A stretch of DNA of 63,037 bases, counting the filler. It is 4 parts of 4 records of this genome, joined end to end, with 100 filler letters (N's around TTAATTAATTAA, not from the genome) between each part and the next. Parts side by side here need not be neighbours in the genome. Positions count along the whole stretch, not along the records: positions 24,949 to 48,726 come from SRR20825019_2034; 3 more parts are not named here. One strand, given 5' to 3'. Each line of letters opens with the position of its first letter. Position 1 is the first letter of the stretch. Shown in pieces: positions 28,171 through 38,702 of this stretch. Below the pieces are notes generated by a model, which searched no databases, was not told the DNA's origin, and saw only the letters and a program-made list of their open reading frames with translations. The translations under genes were made by a program, and so were the position numbers.

Positions 28171-31100
28171 ATGTATTTAATATTTGATACTGAAACAACT
28201 GGTTTACCTAAAAATTACAACGCTCCAATAACAGATACAGATAATTGGCCACGTTGTATACAGATAGCTTGGCAGCTTCATGATGACATGGGTAAGTTGG
28301 TGTCTCACGATGATATGCTTATAAAACCAGACGGTTTTAATATCCCGTATGACTCAGAGCAAATTCACGGTATTTCTACAGAGTTAGCAGATAAAAAAGG
28401 TGTAGACCTGGTAGACTCACTTCATAAATTTAATGAAGCATTAAAACAGACAAAATTTGTTGTAGGGCAAAATGTTGCGTTTGATATTAATATTATGGGT
28501 GCCGAGTTTTACAGAAAAGGCATAGACAACCCATTACAAGAGCTACCTGTTTTAGACACTTGTACAGAAACCACAGCAGAACTTTGTAAAATCCCTGGTG
28601 GTCGTGGCGGAAAATTTAAACTTCCTACCCTTACAGAACTTCACCAATTCTTATTTAACAAAGCTTTTAATGAAGCTCACAATGCCACTGCAGATGTTGA
28701 GGCAACAACGCGATGTTTTTTAGAACTTATAAGAAAGCGTATTTATACAGCTGAAGAGTTAGACGTGTCTCCAGATTATTTTGAGAATTTTTCTGAAGAA
28801 AACCCACAGACAATTCAACTTATAGGGTTAAAGCATATTAACCTCAAGAAAGCTTCAGAACAAATAAGAAAAGCTCTTGAAAAAGAACAAGGAGTCGATG
28901 AGATATCAGAGGAAGAGCTAGAAGAAAACATTGCTGTCTTAGAAGAAGTTACGTTTTCCCACTTGCACAATCATAGCCAATTCTCCGTTCTTCAGTCTAC
29001 AATGAGTATCCAGGATTTAGTAGACAATGCTATAGCTAACAATATGCCTGGTGTAGCGCTCACAGACCACGCCAATATGATGGGTGCTTTTCATTTTGTG
29101 AGAGCCGTTAATACTTATAACAAATCTTTAGCAGGTAGTGAAGACCCAGACAAAAAGCCTTTAAAAGCCATTGTAGGTTGTGAGTTTCAGGTCTGTGAAG
29201 ATCACAATGATAAATCCAGACAAGATAACGGCTACCAGATAGTAATGCTTGCAAAAACTAAAAAAGGCTACCATAATTTGGCTAAGATGGCATCTATAGC
29301 TTATACAGAAGGATTTTATTATGTGCCAAGAATAGACAGAGCTGTTGTAGAAAAATACAAAGAAGATGTAATTGTTTTAACAGGAAACCTATATGGAGAG
29401 GTACCAAGTAAGGTTTTAAATGTAGGAGAAAAGCAAGCCGAAGAAGCTTTACTTTGGTGGAAATCTCATTTTGGAGAAGATCTTTACATGGAAATTATGC
29501 GCCATGACCAAGAAGACGAGCGTCGTGCTAATGAGGTTTTAATAAAACTAGCCAAAGCGCACGACATAAAAATAGTTGCAAGCAACAACACCTATTACAC
29601 TGCAAAAGGAGATGCTAATGCTCATGACATTTTACTTTGCGTAAAAGATGGAGAAAAGCAAAGCAAACCTATTGGCCGAGGACGTGGTTATCGTTATGGT
29701 TTACCCAACCAAGAATACTATTTTAAGAGTAATGATGAAATGAAGGCTTTATTTAAAGACCTTCCAGAAGCCATTACCAATACGCAAGACGTTGTAAATA
29801 AAATTGAAGGGTTTGATCTTGCTAGGGACGTTTTATTACCAGCCTTTGAAATTCCTGAAAAATTTAAAGATTCTAAAGATTTAGATGATGGAGGCAAACG
29901 AGGTGAAAATGCATTTTTAAAACACCTTACTTATGACGGTGCAAAAGAACGTTATGGAGAGATAACTCCAGAGATTAAAGAGCGTTTAGATTTTGAGCTG
30001 TCTATTATTGAAAAAACAGGATATCCTGGATATTTTCTAATTGTTGAAGACTTTATTAGAGAAGCAAGAAACATGGACGTTTCTGTTGGTCCAGGTCGTG
30101 GTTCTGCTGCTGGTAGTGCCGTAGCTTATTGCTTAAAAATTACCAATATAGACCCTATTAAATACGATCTACTTTTTGAGCGTTTCCTTAATCCGGATCG
30201 TGTAAGTATGCCCGATATTGATATTGATTTTGATGACGAAGGTCGAAGCCGTGTCATGGATTACGTAATTAAAAAATATGGTAGTGATCAAGTAGCACAG
30301 ATTATAACTTACGGTACTATGGCAGCAAAATCTGCCATAAGAGATACCGGTCGTGTTTTAGATTTACCGTTGCACGAAACAGATAAGATTGCCAAGCTTA
30401 TTCCAGATATGACTAAGCTTGGTAAAATATTTGGCGTAGATGAAAAAGAGCTCTCCAGAAAATTTAGAAGTGAAGATTTTGAAGGCGTAAAAGAACTTTT
30501 AAGCATTTCAGGCGGAAATGATTTACAGGCTCAAACCGTTAATCAGGCTCGTGTTTTAGAAGGTTCTGTAAGAAATACTGGTGTACACGCTTGTGGCGTT
30601 ATAATCACACCAGATGATATCTCCAACTTTGTACCTATTGCAAGGTCTAAGGATGGTGAATTATACATCACACAATTTGACAACTCTGTAGTAGAAGATG
30701 CTGGACTACTTAAAATGGATTTCCTTGGTCTAAAAACACTTACTCTTATTAAGGATACCGTGAAAATTGTAAAAGCAAAACACGGCGTACAATTAGACCC
30801 AGACAGTTTTCCTTTAGATGATGAAAAAACATATGAACTATTCCAACGTGGTGAAACCGTAGGTATATTTCAATATGAATCTCCAGGAATGCAGAAACAT
30901 ATGCAGTCTTTAAAACCAACAGTCTTTGATGATCTTATTGCAATGAACGCGCTTTATCGTCCAGGACCAATGGAATATATACCAAGTTTTATTGCCAGAA
31001 AACACGGTGATGAAGACATAGAGTATGATTTACCTGCAATGGAAGAATATCTTAAGGAAACTTATGGTATTACGGTTTACCAAGAGCAAGTAATGCTTTT

Positions 31101-32535
31101 ATCTCAAAAGCTTGCAGATTTTACAAAAGGTGAAGCAGATATCCTTCGTAAAGCAATGGGGAAGAAGCAAAAAGCTGTACTCGATAAAATGAAACCTAAA
31201 TTTATTGAGCAGGCTTCAGCTAAAGGTCATGATGCAGAAAAATTAGAAAAAGTGTGGAAAGACTGGGAAGCCTTTGCAAGTTATGCTTTTAATAAATCTC
31301 ACTCTACATGTTATGCCTGGATTGCCTACCAAACAGCCTACCTTAAAGCACACTATCCTGCAGAATATATGGCTGCGGTTTTATCAAACAACATGAGCAA
31401 CATAAAGCAGGTAACATTCTTTATGGAAGAATGCAGACGTATGAAACTTGATGTGTTAGGTCCAGATGTTAATGAATCTTTCAGAAAATTTTCTGTAAAT
31501 AAAGAAGGTGCCATTCGTTTTGGTATGGCAGCAATAAAAGGTGTGGGTTCAAGTGCCGTAGAGTCCATTGTAGCAGAGCGAAAAGAAAACGGTCATTTTA
31601 AATCGATCTTCGATATGGCTAAACGTATAGATTTACGTGCTGCCAATAAAAAAGCTTTTGAAAATCTCGCTTTAGCTGGTGGTTTTGATAGTTTTCAGGA
31701 CACTCACAGAGCACAGTATTTTTTAGATGAAGGTGACGGCATCACTTTCTTGGAAAAAGTAATACGATATGCTGCAAAGTACCAGGAAAACAAAAACTCC
31801 TCTCAAGTAAGTTTATTTGGTGAAGCTAGTGAAGTACAAATTCCAGAACCCGTAGTGCCTCCTTGTGAAGAATGGGGAACTATGGAAAAATTAAGGAAAG
31901 AGCGTGATGTGGTAGGTATGTATATTTCTGGGCATCCGTTAGATGATTATAATATAGAAATGAAGTCTTTCTGTAACGCAAACCTCAACTACCTTGAAGA
32001 TTTACAACAGGTGCTAAATGCAGAGCTATCATTAGCTTGCATTCTTACAGATATTAGGCACCTAACCACAAAAACCAATAAAGGTTGGGCAATTTTTACT
32101 GCAGAAGATTACCATAACACTTATGAGTTTAAAATTTATGGCGAAGATTACCTAAAGTACAGACACTTGCTAATCCCTAATTCATTTCTGTATGTAAAAG
32201 CATTTATAAGAGAAGGTTTTACAAATAGGCAAACTGGCAAAAAGAGTGATCCGAGAATACAGTTTAATAATTTTGAAATGCTTCAGGATGTGTTAGAGCG
32301 CTATGCAAGAAAACTAACAATTCAAATAAATGTAAATGAATTAAAGGGCGATGACATACAGAGTTTAAAATCTATATTAGATGAGCATAAAGGTGACAAG
32401 CTACTCAACTTTGTTGTTTATGAAATGGAAGACAAAGTAAAGCTACACATGCCTAGCAGAAAGCATAAGATTAATATAAATAAAGACTTATTATCAACGC
32501 TTCAAAACAAAGCGGTACACTATAAATTAAATTAA
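28171..32535 (+). CDS. dnaE: DNA polymerase III alpha subunit with N-terminal DEDDh exonuclease
   Basis: IFDTETTGLP..AHNATADV exonuclease, HLHNHSQFS PHP, GPGRGSAAGS, SMPDIDIDF, YAFNKSH. Confidence 0.97.
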   Translation: MYLIFDTETTGLPKNYNAPITDTDNWPRCIQIAWQLHDDMGKLVSHDDMLIKPDGFNIPYDSEQIHGISTELADKKGVDLVDSLHKFNEALKQTKFVVGQNVAFDINIMGAEFYRKGIDNPLQELPVLDTCTETTAELCKIPGGRGGKFKLPTLTELHQFLFNKAFNEAHNATADVEATTRCFLELIRKRIYTAEELDVSPDYFENFSEENPQTIQLIGLKHINLKKASEQIRKALEKEQGVDEISEEELEENIAVLEEVTFSHLHNHSQFSVLQSTMSIQDLVDNAIANNMPGVALTDHANMMGAFHFVRAVNTYNKSLAGSEDPDKKPLKAIVGCEFQVCEDHNDKSRQDNGYQIVMLAKTKKGYHNLAKMASIAYTEGFYYVPRIDRAVVEKYKEDVIVLTGNLYGEVPSKVLNVGEKQAEEALLWWKSHFGEDLYMEIMRHDQEDERRANEVLIKLAKAHDIKIVASNNTYYTAKGDANAHDILLCVKDGEKQSKPIGRGRGYRYGLPNQEYYFKSNDEMKALFKDLPEAITNTQDVVNKIEGFDLARDVLLPAFEIPEKFKDSKDLDDGGKRGENAFLKHLTYDGAKERYGEITPEIKERLDFELSIIEKTGYPGYFLIVEDFIREARNMDVSVGPGRGSAAGSAVAYCLKITNIDPIKYDLLFERFLNPDRVSMPDIDIDFDDEGRSRVMDYVIKKYGSDQVAQIITYGTMAAKSAIRDTGRVLDLPLHETDKIAKLIPDMTKLGKIFGVDEKELSRKFRSEDFEGVKELLSISGGNDLQAQTVNQARVLEGSVRNTGVHACGVIITPDDISNFVPIARSKDGELYITQFDNSVVEDAGLLKMDFLGLKTLTLIKDTVKIVKAKHGVQLDPDSFPLDDEKTYELFQRGETVGIFQYESPGMQKHMQSLKPTVFDDLIAMNALYRPGPMEYIPSFIARKHGDEDIEYDLPAMEEYLKETYGITVYQEQVMLLSQKLADFTKGEADILRKAMGKKQKAVLDKMKPKFIEQASAKGHDAEKLEKVWKDWEAFASYAFNKSHSTCYAWIAYQTAYLKAHYPAEYMAAVLSNNMSNIKQVTFFMEECRRMKLDVLGPDVNESFRKFSVNKEGAIRFGMAAIKGVGSSAVESIVAERKENGHFKSIFDMAKRIDLRAANKKAFENLALAGGFDSFQDTHRAQYFLDEGDGITFLEKVIRYAAKYQENKNSSQVSLFGEASEVQIPEPVVPPCEEWGTMEKLRKERDVVGMYISGHPLDDYNIEMKSFCNANLNYLEDLQQVLNAELSLACILTDIRHLTTKTNKGWAIFTAEDYHNTYEFKIYGEDYLKYRHLLIPNSFLYVKAFIREGFTNRQTGKKSDPRIQFNNFEMLQDVLERYARKLTIQINVNELKGDDIQSLKSILDEHKGDKLLNFVVYEMEDKVKLHMPSRKHKININKDLLSTLQNKAVHYKLN

Positions 32536-33008
32536 TTAAGACGCCAAATCTCAAAATTTAAAACTATTGCAAAGCCTACCCAAAGTAGATAAGGTATCAT
32601 TAAATATGCTGCAATCGGCTTAACAATTTTAAACCATTTTATAGTTAAAAGTATTAGCACAAATAGAGTTAAAATTACAAAGAGTGCAAACAACGGAGAT
32701 TGTAAGCCAAAAAATACGACAGACCAAGCAGAACTTAACAATAACTGAAATCCAAAATGGTATAAAGCAGTCTTTACCCAAAGGTGGTAAAAACCCTTGC
32801 TCCAAACTAGGCCTGCAGCAACTCCCATTAACACATATAATGTTGTCCAAATTGGTGTAAACACCCAATTTGGTGGGTTATAGCTTGGTTTTTCTAATGT
32901 AGAGTACCATGTAGCAACACTAGCTTGAGTTGCGTAAGCTCCTAAAAAACCAACTATTAGGCAAATTGCAATTGCCAATAGTATTCTTATGAATTTTTTC
33001 TTGGTCAT
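32532..33008 (-). CDS. tspO: TspO/MBR tryptophan-rich sensory protein
   Basis: WYSTLEKPSYNPPNWVFTPIWTTLY, PYLLWVGFA..LN. Confidence 0.92.
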   Translation of the reverse strand: MTKKKFIRILLAIAICLIVGFLGAYATQASVATWYSTLEKPSYNPPNWVFTPIWTTLYVLMGVAAGLVWSKGFYHLWVKTALYHFGFQLLLSSAWSVVFFGLQSPLFALFVILTLFVLILLTIKWFKIVKPIAAYLMIPYLLWVGFAIVLNFEIWRLN

Positions 33009-33098
33009 GAGTTGTTAGTTGCTACTAATTTAGGAATTGTTTTTAGTTTTCCAATTGTATTAAAAACTAAAACAGGGTTTACAAATCATAATCAATAG

Positions 33099-33106
33099 TA
33101 TCTTTG
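33099..33106 (+). promoter_or_regulatory. Bacteroidota -7 promoter element
   Basis: TATCTTTG 4 nt before ATG 33111. Confidence 0.55.
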
Positions 33107-33110
33107 CGGT

Positions 33111-34193
33111 ATGACAGCATCTAATTTTTTGATGAAAGACTATTCATCACTTCCAGAAAAAGGCAGCATAACTTCAGAAGCGCCAAGCAATATAGCATTA
33201 GTAAAATATTGGGGAAAACGAGATATTCAAATTCCTGAAAACACATCTATTAGTTTTACGCTTAATACCTGTAAGACTATTACAACATTGCATTTTGAGA
33301 AAAAGGAAAACTTAACAAATGACTATTCCTTTCAGGTTTATTTAGATGGTGAAAGAACAACATCCTTTGAACCTAAGATTGGTAAGTTCTTTGAGCGAAT
33401 TGAAGAGTACTTGCCCTTTTTAAAAAACTATAAGTTTAAAATTGAAACTAGCAACAGTTTCCCGCATAGTTCTGGAATAGCATCATCTGCTAGTGGGATG
33501 GCTGCACTTTCCATGTGTTTAGTTGCATTAGAAAAGCAAATCGATAACTTAAAAGACAATTTATATTTTCAGAATAAAGCATCTTTTTTAGCACGTTTAG
33601 GCTCTGGAAGCGCAAGTAGAAGTATAGATGGACCGATGATGATTTGGGGTAAACATGAAGCTATTCCTGAAAGTACAAATAACTATGCCATAAAATATGA
33701 TAAAATAGATCCTGTATTTAAAGATTACCAAGACACTATTTTACTTGTTGATAAGGGCGAAAAGCAAGTATCTAGCACAGTTGGACATCAACTTATGTAC
33801 GGCCATCCATTTTCTGAACAACGGTTTAACCAAGCACAAGACAACATGGTTAGTCTTTTAGAAATATTAGAATCTGGAAATTTAAAAGACTTTATAAACC
33901 TAGTAGAGCGTGAGGCATTAACCTTGCACGCTATGATGATGACAAGCAACCCTTATTTTATCTTAATGAAACCGAATACTCTTGAAATAATTAATAGGAT
34001 TTGGGCGTTTAGAAAAGAAACCAATTTAAATCTTTGCTTTACGTTAGATGCTGGTGCAAATGTACACCTACTCTACCCCAAAAACGAAGCTGATAAAACC
34101 TTGGATTTCATTAAAAAAGAGTTAGTTGCATATTGTAAAAATGGTGAGTATCTTTGTGATAATGTAGGAAGCGGCGCTTCTGCTATAATTTAA
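33111..34193 (+). CDS. mvaD: Diphosphomevalonate decarboxylase family (GHMP)
   Basis: APSNIALVKYWGK, FPHSSGIASSASG, FTLDAGANVH. Confidence 0.9.
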   Translation: MTASNFLMKDYSSLPEKGSITSEAPSNIALVKYWGKRDIQIPENTSISFTLNTCKTITTLHFEKKENLTNDYSFQVYLDGERTTSFEPKIGKFFERIEEYLPFLKNYKFKIETSNSFPHSSGIASSASGMAALSMCLVALEKQIDNLKDNLYFQNKASFLARLGSGSASRSIDGPMMIWGKHEAIPESTNNYAIKYDKIDPVFKDYQDTILLVDKGEKQVSSTVGHQLMYGHPFSEQRFNQAQDNMVSLLEILESGNLKDFINLVEREALTLHAMMMTSNPYFILMKPNTLEIINRIWAFRKETNLNLCFTLDAGANVHLLYPKNEADKTLDFIKKELVAYCKNGEYLCDNVGSGASAII

Positions 34194-34202
34194 TTTAAGT
34201 TT

Positions 34203-35141
34203 ATGAAAGGTCCTTTATTCTATTCTAAAATTTTACTCTTTGGAGAGTATGGTATCATTAAGGACTCTAAAGGTTTATCTATTCCTTATAATTTTTATAA
34301 TGGCGCTCTTAAAATAGATGAAAATAAAAGTGACAAGACTAAAGATAGCAACAGCAACCTTAAACGCTTTGCAGATTATTTAAACTCCCTACAGAAAGAA
34401 CAACCAGAACTTGTTTCTTTTGATATTGAAAGCTTAAATGCAGATATATCTAAAGGAATGTATTTTGATTCTAGCATTCCTCAAGGTTATGGTGTTGGTA
34501 GTAGTGGTGCCTTAGTAGCTGCCATTTACGACCAATACGCGCAAGACAAAATTACTGTACTTGAAAACTTAACTAGAGAAAAATTACTGAAGTTAAAATC
34601 TATCTTTGGCGAAATGGAATCGTTTTTCCACGGAAAGTCTTCAGGTTTAGATCCGTTAAACAGCTATTTAAGCATTCCTATTTTAATTAATAGCAAAGAT
34701 AATATTGAACCAGCAGGCATACCTTCTCAAACAGAAAATGGTAAAGGTGCTGTTTTCTTATTAGATAGCGGTAGCACTGGAGAGACTGCTCCTATGGTAC
34801 AATTGTTTATGGAAAACATGAAGCAAGAAGGTTTTAGAAAAATGCTAAAAGACAAGTTTGTAAAACATACAGATGCTTGTGTAGATGATTTTCTTAAAGG
34901 TGATGTAAAATCTTTATTCGGGAATATTAAACAACTATCTCATGTTGTTCTGGACAACTTTAAACCTATGATTCCTAAGCAGTTTCACAATTTATGGAAA
35001 CAAGGCATAGACACTAATGACTATTATTTGAAACTTTGTGGTTCTGGTGGCGGTGGTTATATTTTAGGCTTTACAGAAGATATAGACAAAGCTAGAAAAT
35101 CTTTACAAGGCCATAATCTAGAAGTCGTTTACAACTTTTAA
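34203..35141 (+). CDS. mvk: Mevalonate kinase family GHMP kinase
   Basis: KILLFGEY, PQGYGVGSSGA, KLCGSGGGG. Confidence 0.88.
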   Translation: MKGPLFYSKILLFGEYGIIKDSKGLSIPYNFYNGALKIDENKSDKTKDSNSNLKRFADYLNSLQKEQPELVSFDIESLNADISKGMYFDSSIPQGYGVGSSGALVAAIYDQYAQDKITVLENLTREKLLKLKSIFGEMESFFHGKSSGLDPLNSYLSIPILINSKDNIEPAGIPSQTENGKGAVFLLDSGSTGETAPMVQLFMENMKQEGFRKMLKDKFVKHTDACVDDFLKGDVKSLFGNIKQLSHVVLDNFKPMIPKQFHNLWKQGIDTNDYYLKLCGSGGGGYILGFTEDIDKARKSLQGHNLEVVYNF

Positions 35142-35144
35142 GTT

Positions 35145-36056
35145 ATGTCTTTCCTAAAGCGCACTCATAAGGTCGTGTTGCTAAAAATCTTAAGTTTATT
35201 TTCATCAATTAGAGGTTATAACATCTTAGTTATAATCTTAGCACAATACCTTACCTCTATTTATATTTTGGCACCGCAACTGCCATTATCTAAAGTATTG
35301 TTTGACCATAACCTTTTTATACTGGTAATAGCATCTGCTTTGGCAATTGCTGGCGGCTACATTATAAATAATTTTTACGATGCCGAGAAAGATGTTATAA
35401 ACAGACCATTAAAAAGCAAAATAGACGGTTATGTAAAACAACGCACTAAACTAAACACCTATTTTATCTTTAATTTTTTATCGGTTGTTTTGGCCAGTTA
35501 TATTTCATTTAAAGCTGTGCTTTTTTTTAGTGTCTATATTTTTGCTATTTGGTTTTACTCGCATAAACTTAAGAGGTTTGCATTTGTAGGAAATATAACG
35601 GCTTCAGTTTTGGCTGTAGTTCCATTCTTTGCTGTATTTGTATACTATAAAAATTTCGACTTAGTCATATTTGTACATGCGACATTTCTATTTTTAGTAA
35701 TTGCGATGCGAGAATTGGTAAAAGATTTGGAGAACCTAAAAGGAGATTTAGCACAAGACTATCATACAATTCCAGTTACCTATGGCGTTACATTTAGCAA
35801 GAAGATGCTAACAATTTTAGCTATGCTAACTTTAGTACCTATATTCCTGCTCATTACTAAGTTTAAGTTAGGGTATATGGATTTCTATTTCTACGGAAGC
35901 ATAATTCTACTTATTGTCTTCTGTTTGTTTTTATGGGTTTCTACTTCGAAAATACAATATGTGTTGCTTCACAATTTCCTCAAGTTTATTATAGTTCTTG
36001 GTGTTTTGAGTATTGTATTGATTGATGTTCAACTTTTACTAAATAGGATTCTATAA
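35145..36056 (+). CDS. UbiA family prenyltransferase (DGGGP-synthase-like)
   Basis: GYIINNFYDAEKDVINRP, RELVKDLENLKGD. Confidence 0.85.
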   Translation: MSFLKRTHKVVLLKILSLFSSIRGYNILVIILAQYLTSIYILAPQLPLSKVLFDHNLFILVIASALAIAGGYIINNFYDAEKDVINRPLKSKIDGYVKQRTKLNTYFIFNFLSVVLASYISFKAVLFFSVYIFAIWFYSHKLKRFAFVGNITASVLAVVPFFAVFVYYKNFDLVIFVHATFLFLVIAMRELVKDLENLKGDLAQDYHTIPVTYGVTFSKKMLTILAMLTLVPIFLLITKFKLGYMDFYFYGSIILLIVFCLFLWVSTSKIQYVLLHNFLKFIIVLGVLSIVLIDVQLLLNRIL

Positions 36057-36089
36057 AAAAAACCTGTCTCAGGATTGAAACAGGTTCTT
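36055..36089 (-). terminator. Intrinsic terminator (likely bidirectional)
   Basis: A-run then aacctgtctca-ggat-tgaaacaggtt between convergent genes. Confidence 0.7.
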
Positions 36090-36109
36090 AGCAAAAACTC
36101 TTGTTAGTT

Positions 36110-36448
36110 TTAAGCTTTCTCTATAGTGTACTTTACTTTAAACACTTTTCCGAAGTTTTGTGGTACCATTGTCGTCTTCTTGTAATTTAAGGTCTTAATT
36201 ACAAACTGTTTTACCTGTGTGTTCTTTGTAGCTACATCTAAAACTACCAACTCTCCATTAGAGTTAATTGTAAAAGTAATTGTACTGCTTATTGAAGCGT
36301 TGTCTACTTCAACAGTTGGGTTTTCTAACAATACCATAACTTGCTCTCTAAGCTGTTCTTTGGCATCATCTTCAAGAGGATCTGTGTTTGCAAAAGATGA
36401 GGTTAATGTCATCAGGCTTACTGCAATAATTGTAATTAGCGTTTTCAT
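36110..36448 (-). CDS. Small secreted hypothetical protein (TonB-C-like fold possible)
   Basis: Signal peptide; ITFTINSNGELVVLDV motif. Confidence 0.65.
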   Translation of the reverse strand: MKTLITIIAVSLMTLTSSFANTDPLEDDAKEQLREQVMVLLENPTVEVDNASISSTITFTINSNGELVVLDVATKNTQVKQFVIKTLNYKKTTMVPQNFGKVFKVKYTIEKA

Positions 36449-36759
36449 TTTTTTTGATTTTTTTTATTGATTAATAAATGACAATGCTAATATACCAAGG
36501 TATGTTAATCCACTCAAAAACATTCAATTAAGCAATCATAACCATAAGGTTGTCACTAAATTAAATCAGCATATAATTTACATTTCGGTTACATTTCATT
36601 TATTCTCATTAATTAAATTAAGGGACTATTTTTATAGCAATTAAAAGCATCCTTTTATATGTTATTTGTATATGTATTAAGGGAAACAGTATGTTTAACA
36701 TAGGTTTAAAAATTACAAATGTTATCTTATCTTAACCAATAGAAAATAAGCGCATTTTT

Positions 36760-37725
36760 ATGACAACCAATTCATCTACATTACACCTTGCTTTAGCCCA
36801 AATTTCTCCAGTATGGCTAAATAAAAAAGCCACTACAGAAAAAATAATAGACACTATAAATAATGCTGGAAAAGAACAGGCAGAGTTAATAGTATTTGGA
36901 GAAGGTGTTTTACCTGGCTACCCACATTGGTTAGCTTACACCAATGGCGCTGGTTGGAATTTAGACACTAATAAAACTTTGCACGCACATTATTGTAATA
37001 ATGCAGTATGTATAGAGGATGGTGACTTAGATGAAATTTGCAGTACGCTAAAATCTCACAGCATGTCATGTTATCTTGGCATTATAGAACGCCCTAAGGA
37101 TCGTGGTGGTCATAGCCTATATGCGTCTTTAGTGTTTATAAATTCAGATGGAGAGATTAAGTCTGTTCACAGGAAATTACAACCTACTTATGATGAACGC
37201 CTAACGTGGTCTCCAGGAGATGGTCATGGCTTACAAGTACACAAGCTTAAGCAATTTACAGTTGGCGGTCTTAATTGCTGGGAAAATTGGATGCCTTTAC
37301 CTAGAGCTTCTCTTTATGCACAAGGTGAAAATTTACATATTGCTGTTTGGCCTGGCAGTGAGCATAACACAAAAGATATTACGCGTTTTATAGCTAGAGA
37401 GTCTCGTTCTTTTGTCGTTTCTGTGTCGAGTGTTATGACCACTAAAGATTTTCCTGAAGACACACCTTTTGTAAATGACATATTAAAAAATGCACCAACA
37501 CAACTTAGTAATGGTGGTTCTGCAATTGCTGGCCCAGATGGTGAATTTCTTTTAGAGCCAATAATTAATAAAGAAGGTATAATTTATAAAACTATAGATT
37601 TTAAGAGCGTATATAAAGAGCGCCAAAATTTTGATCCTGTTGGGCATTACTCAAGACCAGATGTTACACAACTGCACGTTAATAGAGAACGCCAAAGCAC
37701 AGTGGTTTTTAAAGACTCAAAATAA
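36760..37725 (+). CDS. Nitrilase / carbon-nitrogen hydrolase
   Basis: Glu-Lys-Cys triad: VFGEG, HRKLQPT, LNCWEN; FDPVGHYSRPD. Confidence 0.9.
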   Translation: MTTNSSTLHLALAQISPVWLNKKATTEKIIDTINNAGKEQAELIVFGEGVLPGYPHWLAYTNGAGWNLDTNKTLHAHYCNNAVCIEDGDLDEICSTLKSHSMSCYLGIIERPKDRGGHSLYASLVFINSDGEIKSVHRKLQPTYDERLTWSPGDGHGLQVHKLKQFTVGGLNCWENWMPLPRASLYAQGENLHIAVWPGSEHNTKDITRFIARESRSFVVSVSSVMTTKDFPEDTPFVNDILKNAPTQLSNGGSAIAGPDGEFLLEPIINKEGIIYKTIDFKSVYKERQNFDPVGHYSRPDVTQLHVNRERQSTVVFKDSK

Positions 37726-37861
37726 GCATATAATAGAGATAATGACTTTGCAACTTTTAAAACCGCACTTTTATTAAAAAGCTTTCATCAAGATTTCACT
37801 TCTCTTTTTAGTATTTACTAAGTTTGCGTAGACAGCTTTTTTAACCTTAATAAAAGTTTAT

Positions 37862-37975
37862 AGAAAGCGAAACGCCTCGCAAAAGCGAAGCGTTTCATAT
37901 TTTGGTTTTAGGTTAACCCGTATAGACAAAACTCTAAAAAAGCAATGATGAACAAAATTTATGCTATAAAGGTTA
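37862..37975 (-). ncRNA. Candidate small RNA (about 110 nt)
   Basis: Near-consensus -7 box CATATTTG (minus, 37979-37986) and a 12-bp hairpin at 37869-37896 with no ORF between; boundaries approximate. Confidence 0.3.
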
Positions 37976-38056
37976 CCTCAAATATGACTAAAAAAAGTCA
38001 GACATACAACCGCATATTATAGATTTAACATTAGCAACACTTTAACTGCCAAGTAA

Positions 38057-38695
38057 ATGTACTTATTAGACGAGACGTTATGGTTCCCCAATCCGAGTGA
38101 AGCTAATCATGATGGCTTGTTGGCTGTAGGCGGAAATTTATCTCCAGAACGTTTGTTATTAGCCTATAACTCTGGTATTTTTCCTTGGTTTAATGATGAC
38201 GAAATGATTATGTGGTGGTCACCAAATCCAAGGATGGTGTTATTTCCAAAAGAACTAAAAGTTCATAAAAGTATGCGCCAATTATTTAATCAACAAAAGT
38301 TTAAAGTAACATACAACACCCATTTTAAAGATGTTATAACTGCGTGTTCAGAAATTGAGAGACCAGACCAAGACGGTACTTGGATTACATCTCAAATGAT
38401 CGATGCTTATACAGAATTACACCACCAAGGTGTTGCAACGTCTGTAGAGGTTTGGCAAGACAATTTACTGGTAGGCGGTTTGTATGGCATTTATCTAAAA
38501 GACAAACACCTGTTTTGTGGAGAAAGTATGTTTACAAAAGTTAGTAACGCCTCAAAATACGGGTTTATATCATTAGTGAGAAAACTTGAAAACGAAGGTG
38601 TAAAACTTATTGATTGCCAGATGCACACTAATCATTTGGAACGTTTAGGTGCTAAAGAAATTTCAAGGGAATCGTTTTTAGAGTTTCTAAAATAG
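38057..38695 (+). CDS. aat: Leucyl/phenylalanyl-tRNA--protein transferase
   Basis: GLLAVGGNL, AYNSGIFPW, WWSPNPR, LVGGLYG, FCGESMF, IDCQ. Confidence 0.95.
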   Translation: MYLLDETLWFPNPSEANHDGLLAVGGNLSPERLLLAYNSGIFPWFNDDEMIMWWSPNPRMVLFPKELKVHKSMRQLFNQQKFKVTYNTHFKDVITACSEIERPDQDGTWITSQMIDAYTELHHQGVATSVEVWQDNLLVGGLYGIYLKDKHLFCGESMFTKVSNASKYGFISLVRKLENEGVKLIDCQMHTNHLERLGAKEISRESFLEFLK

Positions 38696-38702
38696 TCAAG
38701 TA

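Noticed and set aside
20820..36056. Apparent duplication of the mvaD-mvk-ubiA operon
   Set aside because: The copies lie on different contigs separated by an artificial linker, with different flanking genes and diverged synonymous sites; they are best read as orthologs from two genomes
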